Shown here: positions 34,241 through 42,328 of the stretch, piece after piece
How positions within the stretch are numbered: position 1 is the first letter of the stretch
Layout of the letters: each line of letters starts with the position of its first letter
Origin: Octopus bimaculoides
Taxonomy: Eukaryota
DNA: 42,328 nucleotides
Direction: 5' to 3'
NCBI RefSeq assembly: GCF_001194135.2
Contig: NC_068989.1
Location: 4,556,470-4,598,797, forward strand
Made by a program: the position numbers and the translations under genes
Notes under the pieces: generated by a model
What the model was told of the DNA's origin: nothing
What the model saw: the letters and a program-made list of their open reading frames with translations, nothing else
The model's database searches: none

Positions 34241-37200
34241 NNNNNNNNNNNNNNNNNNNNNNNNNNNNNNNNNNNNNNNNNNNNNNNNNNNNNNNNNNNN
34301 NNNNNNNNNNNCCCTCTCTCTCCCTCTCTCTCTCTCCCTCTCTCTCTCTCTCTCTGGCTCTCATATCTTAAGTCAAGAATCAGGAAGGCGAGAAGGTGGC
34401 TATAACTGCTTGCAACTACTTTTACTAAAATGTCTTACAGCGCGGCTCAGCACATTGGACCGCGAGCTACCGCCACTGGTTTCAGTCCGCTGTTACTCTT
34501 GCACATCCATTCTACGTAACGTTGACTGTCTTCAGACCATCTTGAAATGTTCACTGCCAACTGGTTTTCATGCTGTTTCTTTTATGCCTGCCGTCAAGTG
34601 CTACTAATGTCATGCCTGTTTTCGAATGCCGTTGATCGACTTGACGGAAGATATGGCCAGCTAGGTGGAATCGGTTCTCTGCTACACATTCTTGCAGTAA
34701 TTGTGATCTTGCTCTTCTCAGAATTCCCTCATTTGAACCACCGGTCCCGTCAGTTGAGCCTCAGGATTTTTATGAGGTACTTTTGATGGAATACATTTAC
34801 TTTTGAATCTGTCTTTTGAGACACCTAAAACAATTTGTAAAAGTATGAGTTATGCTGCCATGCCAAGCTGTCATGCACAACCATACTCACAAACATACAC
34901 ATATACATACTCACACCACATGGTTCACCAGAATCTAAGTTCTGATAGTTTTGATTCATCGGAATAATTTCGTAAAGCGAACTTGAAAACATATGACTCT
35001 TTTCACATTGATTCTTTGTCAAGATGGAGTTTCACCTACTGGCATTTTAACTAATCGTGCGAAAGAAACGTTCCTGAATCATTTTATTCGTTTTAAATCA
35101 GAAGTCTCCAAAGTGGTCGATGGGACTATTCAAGGGGTCGATAAATGCACATCTACTTTATTATTATTATTTATTTAAAGATAAGGAAATAATTTTATTC
35201 TCAAACGCAGGATTACGTGTAATCACAGAGATGTGAGTTCGAGTCTCATGGCTGGCTGCCGACACATTTTTCTGCAAAATATGGATAGTTTATCCTGTTC
35301 ATGCTATATTATTAGCATTATCCTGCGTTTGGGAATAAAATTATTTCCTTATCTGTATCTTTCAATACATCTCAACGCTTCTTAAGCAAACTTTGTTTAC
35401 TTTCATCGTAATTTGAATTATTATTTATTTATTTTCTTGTACATGCCTAGGGGCCGATGAGGAGTCAAGGAGTCTATGAAGGGGTCGATGGTCTAAAAAG
35501 TTTGGGGACCCTTGTTTTAAATCAAATCAGTCATTTTTTTTTTAACACGGAGCGGTTTCATGCAAAACTGTTTCTCTATTACGCATATAACAAAACACAA
35601 TAAAGTGCGTAATATATAATTTATTTATTACATACATAATACACATATATATTACATTTATGATACATATACAAGGCAGGGTTAACAATTTTTAATATAA
35701 TTTCTGTTGAGTTTGCTTTTTCGCTTGGTTTAGACTAAAATTGGCTGATTTCAAAACAACACCCAGTTTCCGCCAATCACGTAATTTTTTTCTGCTGTTT
35801 ACTCTCTGAATAAGCACAGTTGCATTGTTTGTCCGAAAGTAATAGGGCTGGTCAGCTGCTTTTATAAGGTAAGTTTTCTTCGCAAACAAAAAACATTAGA
35901 GCTATTTTTGTATGTTCTTCTCTCACAACTGGCCCTATTTCTGAAATACAAAACATGTATTCGAGCCAGCTGTCACTTGGGAAAAGCATTTTCAGAATTG
36001 CCAACAGTTATAAAGTAAGCAAATGGAGATTTGTGATGGCAAAATTTCCACAAAAAGAGCATACATACCATGAAGTTCCTCCTACAGTCCTTTGACAAAA
36101 AGTGACCTTGACCCATGTGGCTTCAAAACATTAAGGGCGCATTCAAGATACCAATTTTCATAAGAAATAGTTAAAGGTACAACAAAATATGTTTCACCTA
36201 GTTTGCAATGATAGTTACACTAAGTCAAGCACAGCGTGGCATATCTGCAAACAAATTCCATAAATATGAGGCATGTATAACGTCAAGGACCACAGAAATA
36301 TGATATTTAATTGTATGGATGACATTTCTGTCATCATCATGACATTTAAAACTGGTTAGATTGAAAATAGGGAAAGTTGCTCAATGCTAATGCATTTTAT
36401 TTACGGAAAGATACTTAAATCATAACTTTTGTTTTCATTTTTGTGGTTGTATTCTCTTTAACTGATATCGAAAAACTATGTTTTCAAAGTTGTGTCGAGC
36501 TCCAGATATGGGTCTGCATTTGATGAAGCCAAATCTATCCTTAGAAATGGTGACAATGGATTTCAATTCTTGAAATCAGCAGAACCCAAAATTGCTAGGA
36601 AATTACTCCAACACCAAACAACTAAAGCCATGTTTCCCAGTGTAACACAAAAACACCGTATACACTGCGATAGAAAAGAAATAAAATTTTTTAATTTATT
36701 TTGCCTATGCAGCCTGAGACTGGCCCACGGTCAAGTGGTTAGGGATACCTCGTTTGGATAACATTTCCCTATTTTTCTTCTTTTTTTTTACTCAAGCTCC
36801 GTAAAGAAAATGCTTTTAAACGAAATTGATGTTATTTGCTTGGTTGTGTCGTTAAGAAGCTCATTTTCAACCACGTGATTTTGAGTTCGGTCCCACTTAG
36901 CGAACCTTGGGAAAATATCTTCTACGATAGCCTCAGGTTGACTAATACCTCATGAGTGACTTTGGAAGACGGAAACTACGTGGAAGCCCGTAGTGTATGT
37001 CTGTAAGTGCCTGTCTAGGTGTGTGTAAGTTTGTGAGTAAGTTTGTGTGGAGGCGTAGATGTGTTTGTGCGTGTATGTGAGCGAGTGTTTGTGTGTGTGC
37101 ATGCGTGCCTACGTGTGTGTGCGCGTGTGTATTTGGCAAGAGATTTTTGTGCCGCATCTGACGACCATAACTGCAGAAGTAACGCGAGCCGAACGAACAA

Positions 37201-37412
37201 AGCAGTTGGTTTGTGTGAAAAACGCATTGTTACGAAGGGCTCGTGTTAGTGAGCAATTAACACAATCAAATCTGATGAGTCATCCACCCTGGTACACATC
37301 TTCTATACTTTATAATCGTCAATTCTGCTGCTGTTCTACTGAAACTGAATTAAGAACCTTAAAAAGTAAAAAGAACAGTTAGTATTATTTAAGAATTTTT
37401 TAAGTCAGTGTA

Positions 37413-37690
37413 TTGGCAGAATCGTTAGCACGCCGGCCGAAATGTTTAGCGGTATTTCATATACCGCTACGTTTTGAGTTCAAATTCTTCCGAGGTCCAC
37501 TTTATCTTTCATCCTTTCGGGGTTGACAAATAAAGTACCAGTGAAACACAGGGGTTGATGGAATCGACTGGCCCCCTTCAACCAATTTTCAGACCTATAA
37601 GAGAAAATAAGTACCAGTTGCGTACTGGGGTTGAAGTGATCGACTTTCCCCTCCTTCAAAATTGTTGACCTTGTTCCAAAGATTGAAACA
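37413..37690 (+). mobile_element. Octopus-type SINE
   Basis: Same core as 25668-25830. Confidence 0.7.
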
Positions 37691-37815
37691 ATTTTATTTT
37701 GTACATCAATCAAATCAGATAGAACACATAATGGAAAAGTAACGTTTCAAATCAGTTCAAAAATGTTGAACTCGAAATTTCAGCACGCATATTACACAGC
37801 ATACTGACATTGTGT

Positions 37816-38082
37816 GGAGGCGCAATGGCCCAGTGGTTAGGGCAGCGGTCTCGCGGTCATAGGATCGCGGTTTCGATTCCCAGACCGGGCGTTGTGAGTG
37901 TTTATTGAGCGAAAACACCTAAAGCTACACGAGGCTCCGGCAGGGGATGGTGGCGAACCCTGCTGTACTCTTCCACCACAACTTTCTCTCACTCTTACTT
38001 CCTGTTTCTGTTGTGACCGTAATTCAAAGGGTCAGCCTTGTCACACTCCGTGTCACGCTGAATATCCCCGAGAACTACGTTA
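37816..38082 (+). mobile_element. tRNA-derived SINE with intact Pol III A and B boxes (truncated by gap)
   Basis: A box tggcccagtgg and B box ggtttcgattccc are followed by a non-tRNA body. The same head occurs at 17520-17547. Confidence 0.8.
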
Positions 38083-38898
38083 NNNNNNNNNNNNNNNNNN
38101 NNNNNNNNNNNNNNNNNNNNNNNNNNNNNNNNNNNNNNNNNNNNNNNNNNNNNNNNNNNNNNNNNNNNNNNNNNNNNNNNNNNNNNNNNNNNNNNNNNNN
38201 NNNNNNNNNNNNNNNNNNNNNNNNNNNNNNNNNNNNNNNNNNNNNNNNNNNNNNNNNNNNNNNNNNNNNNNNNNNNNNNNNNNNNNNNNNNNNNNNNNNN
38301 NNNNNNNNNNNNNNNNNNNNNNNNNNNNNNNNNNNNNNNNNNNNNNNNNNNNNNNNNNNNNNNNNNNNNNNNNNNNNNNNNNNNNNNNNNNNNNNNNNNN
38401 NNNNNNNNNNNNNNNNNNNNNNNNNNNNNNNNNNNNNNNNNNNNNNNNNNNNNNNNNNNNNNNNNNNNNNNNNNNNNNNNNNNNNNNNNNNNNNNNNNNN
38501 NNNNNNNNNNNNNNNNNNNNNNNNNNNNNNNNNNNNNNNNNNNNNNNNNNNNNNNNNNNNNNNNNNNNNNNNNNNNNNNNNNNNNNNNNNNNNNNNNNNN
38601 NNNNNNNNNNNNNNNNNNNNNNNNNNNNNNNNNNNNNNNNNNNNNNNNNNNNNNNNNNNNNNNNNNNNNNNNNNNNNNNNNNNNNNNNNNNNNNNNNNNN
38701 NNNNNNNNNNNNNNNNNNNNNNNNNNNNNNNNNNNNNNNNNNNNNNNNNNNNNNNNNNNNNNNNNNNNNNNNNNNNNNNNNNNNNNNNNNNNNNNNNNNN
38801 NNNNNNNNNNNNNNNNNNNNNNNNNNNNNNNNNNNNNNNNNNNNNNNNNNNNNNNNNNNNNNNNNNNNNNNNNNNNNNNNNNNNNNNNNNNNNNNNNN

Positions 38899-39320
<422 letters not shown>

Positions 39321-39484
39321 ATATGTGCTGAAAGAAGAACAATTGCAGCGTGGAAGATGTTTGTAGGCCATTCAAGAACACACAAAAACCGTTAGTTTCA
39401 CTTCAACATTTAAATTTCATTTGCATCAAAATATTTTCATCGATTTCAAACCGCGACCTGTTCACTGACAAAATCTCATGCTGC

Positions 39485-39520
<36 letters not shown>

Positions 39521-40094
39521 TAATGTGCGTGTGTGTGAGTGTGTGTGTGTATGTGTGTATGTGTAAGTTTGTATGTATGTATACAAATGACTTTTGCCCC
39601 CCCCCNNNNNNNNNNNNNNNNNNNCGCGCGCACACACACACACACACACACACGCACACACACGCACACACACGCACAGACACACACACACGCACAGACA
39701 CACACACACGCACGCACATATCAGCATCCTGCTTAATTTAATGAGTCCAAAACACAAAAAAACATAGCCTTCGTCATCAGGATTCGCTATGCGAAATATA
39801 ATTCAAGGGAGATAACTAAATAGCTTCCTACAGTGTTTAAGTTATCTCCCTTGCTTGCAAGTGTTTTCCCCACTAAATTTATACCGTAACTCCTATGAGT
39901 CATATCTGAACTAAACACTGCTTCAGACGAATTACATATTTAAACGAAACTTACCTGACATTGAAAAAATTTACAATTCTAGTTTCGATCGGTGAGTTGG
40001 TAATAAAATACACTGAGTTTCCAAATAACGGTGCAAGGTTTAACCTTCAAGTTTATTTTCAATAATGAAGGTTTGATGTAAAATAATATTAATC

Positions 40095-40298
40095 CTTTCC
40101 ATTATAGGCATAAGGCCTGACATTTGGGGGTAGGGGGCGAGTCAATTACATCTGGTACTTGTTTAATCGACATCGAAAGAATAAAAAGAAAAGTAGACAT
40201 CTGCGGAATTTGAACTCACAACGTAGCGGCAGACGAAATACCGCTAAGCATTTCGCCCGGCGTGCTAACGACTCTGCCAACTCGCTGCCTTCGACAGC

Positions 40299-40331
<33 letters not shown>

Positions 40332-40550
40332 AATAATGATAATAATAATAATAATGGATTCAAATTTTGCCACAAGGGCAGCAATTTGGGGAAAAGGGTT
40401 ATGTCGATTACATGGACCCCAATGTACATCTGGCACTTATTTTATCTTATCGACCCCGAAAGGATGAAAGTCGACTGCGGCGTAATTTGAACTAGGAACG
40501 TAGCTACAGGCGAAATACCACTAAGCACTTCGTCCAGCGTGCAAATGATT
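40095..40550 (-). mobile_element. Two tandem minus-strand SINE copies separated by (AAC)n(AAT)n
   Basis: Both copies are reverse complements of the 25668-25830 core. Confidence 0.7.
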
Positions 40551-40557
40551 CTGCCTA

Positions 40558-40589
<32 letters not shown>

Positions 40590-40600
40590 ATAATAATACT

Positions 40601-41110
40601 TGTATCCAACTTTAGACCAGTAACGTCCCTTCCGCTAATGTGGAAACTAATGTCAGGTACTTTGGCCGGTGAACTATATAGATACTTAGAGAAAGGTTGG
40701 CTGCTACCCATTGTACAGAAAGAGTGAAAGGGTGCCGAAAGAGGAGCCGGAAACGAAAGAATCAGCTCTTAATTAATAATCTAATTATCAGGAACTGCAA
40801 GACATACAAACCTGAGCATGGCATGGATTGACTATCGCAAAGCATGCGATGTGATACCACACTCCGGAGTAATAAGAACAATAGAAATGTATGGAGTAGC
40901 AGAAAATATGAGAAGCCTCAAATGGAATAGCATGAAATGCCGGAGAACGGAATTGACAGCAGGGAAGCAAGTATTAGGAGTGATGAAAATCAAGAGCGGG
41001 ATCTTCTAGGGGGACAGTATGTCAACTGGGAATGCATACAATGAGTTTCTCTGTCCTAGGTGTACGGAAAACACTCGGCAAGAAATGGAAGAAAATTTGA
41101 AGAAAAAAAA
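40601..41110 (+). mobile_element. R4/Dong-like non-LTR retrotransposon RT fragment (pseudogenised)
   Basis: Translates SNFRPVTSLPLMWKL ... EQ/KGC ... QLLIN ... NLSMAWIDYRKACDVIPHS ... IKSGIF*GDS, with frameshifts and a stop. Bounded by (TAG)n(TAA)n on the left and (AAT)n at 41112-41160 on the right. Confidence 0.8.
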
Positions 41111-41111
41111 C

Positions 41112-41161
<50 letters not shown>

Positions 41162-41598
41162 TACCAGTAATATTGAGAGAGTGTTGGCATCAGTTATACG
41201 CTGTCCTTCCTAAAAAGAAGTGTATCTTTCCGTCTTCGAAAAAACTCGTCATTGCCATAGAAACCATTATGAATTGCTGTGACGATGAAGTCCCTTGACG
41301 TAAAAGGTATTGTGGTATTGCTTGTGTCGATTTTACGGAGTTCAAATCCCGTCGGTTCCAACTTCTTTTATCCATCTGAAGACAAAGAAAAAAACACAAC
41401 AGTGATGTAAAGTAGCCATTTTTCGGTTTTGCTTTTGTTTGTTTTTTGTTATTTTTATTGCAGGAGAGCGGTTAATACTTTCCCCAACACAGAAAAATTT
41501 GCTCGTCTCAATAAATTAAGTGTGTGTGTGTGTGTGTGATGTTTTGCAAACAACTTGAAGATGCAAGTGCTACCAGTTGGAAGCTCCACCTTCTATTC

Positions 41599-41692
41599 TC
41601 GTTATATACCATTTGGAAGCTTTCGACTTTCGTTATATACCATTTGGAAGCTTTCGCCTTTCGTTATATACCAATTGGAAGCTCTCGCCTTT
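41599..41692 (+). repeat. 31-bp tandem repeat, three copies plus an upstream partial
   Basis: Unit tcgttatataccatttggaagctttcg(a/c)ctt starts at 41599, 41630 and 41661. Confidence 0.9.
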
Positions 41693-42279
41693 GAATGTTC
41701 GCAGTTTAAGTTTCGTCGGTGACAGTCTTTTCTCTTTTACAACCTTCCATAAAATACAACACCGTCTGATGAAATATCTTACAGTTTTGTATCACATCCA
41801 TTGAAGCTCTGGGTAATCTCGGGTGCTGGTCTCAAATATTGTCAAAGAACAAGCTTCAATTTTTAATCACAACGATCCGTCACCAAGTGATATTTTCTGT
41901 ACAATGAATAGCAGAATATAACGACAGTTCCTGTATAAAGTTGGTTCGAATCTGGAACACATTTGGTTTAGAGTCTATAAAACGGAGAATTTTGTGCTGA
42001 GAAGTTCATGTCTTATCCATACATCCATCACTAGTTCTGCGTTGAGTAGCTTGGAATGAAATGTTCCACACTTAACACCCGGCTTGCATCATAAGTAAGA
42101 GAGAGAAAGAGTGGAAGAGGGAGTGAGGCACACAGAGAGAGAGAGTAAAGAAGTAGCCATCGCTCGGAAGCGAAACATCAAACTGTCTGAGACTTAGCGA
42201 AGTGATTTGGCGGGGCTACGTGGAAGTTGATATCTGATACAAGAATGGATGATTGGCTTCGTGAATGAATGAAAGAATG

Positions 42280-42328
42280 AAAGGAAGGAAGGAAGGAAGG
42301 AAGGAAGGAAGGAAGGAAGGAAGGAAGG
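42280..42328. repeat. (GAAG)n microsatellite
   Basis: Seen directly. Confidence 0.95.

Noticed and set aside
36492-36761. 89-aa plus-strand ORF
   Set aside because: No recognisable motif, canonical start or splice support.
37816-37890. tRNA-like sequence with A and B boxes
   Set aside because: No proper acceptor stem. It continues into a SINE body and the same head occurs at 17520, so it is a SINE head, not a tRNA gene.
41599-41692. CRISPR-like periodicity
   Set aside because: The units are contiguous with no unique spacers, the context is eukaryotic and there are no cas genes.

Overview
AT-rich, microsatellite- and SINE-dense animal genomic DNA with many assembly gaps. The repeat landscape suggests a cephalopod, most likely Octopus (inference). 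Two protein-coding loci are supported. (1) A multi-exon chitin synthase lies on the minus strand. Seven exons were traced by splice sites and reading phase between 304 and 8641; they carry TTMYRE, KRWSQ, DADMKF, QMFEY, CCPGCFSLYR, GEDRW and QRRRW, plus a long insert in the catalytic domain. The gene continues beyond the left edge, and its 5' exons are unresolved. (2) An uninterrupted 5,043-bp plus-strand ORF (26718-31760, 1680 aa) encodes a basic N-terminus, a short helical/coiled-coil segment and six tandem ~250-aa NHL/TolB-like beta-propeller units, with no RING, B-box, signal peptide or TM segment. This ORF is the best candidate for something undescribed. The rest is transposon debris: three distinct mariner pieces (one a TIR-complete deletion derivative inserted in a SINE), a solo-LTR-like unit with a 240-bp near-identical copy 3.8 kb away, a foldback MITE, Penelope-like and R4/Dong-like RT fragments, many tRNA-derived SINEs, and simple repeats.
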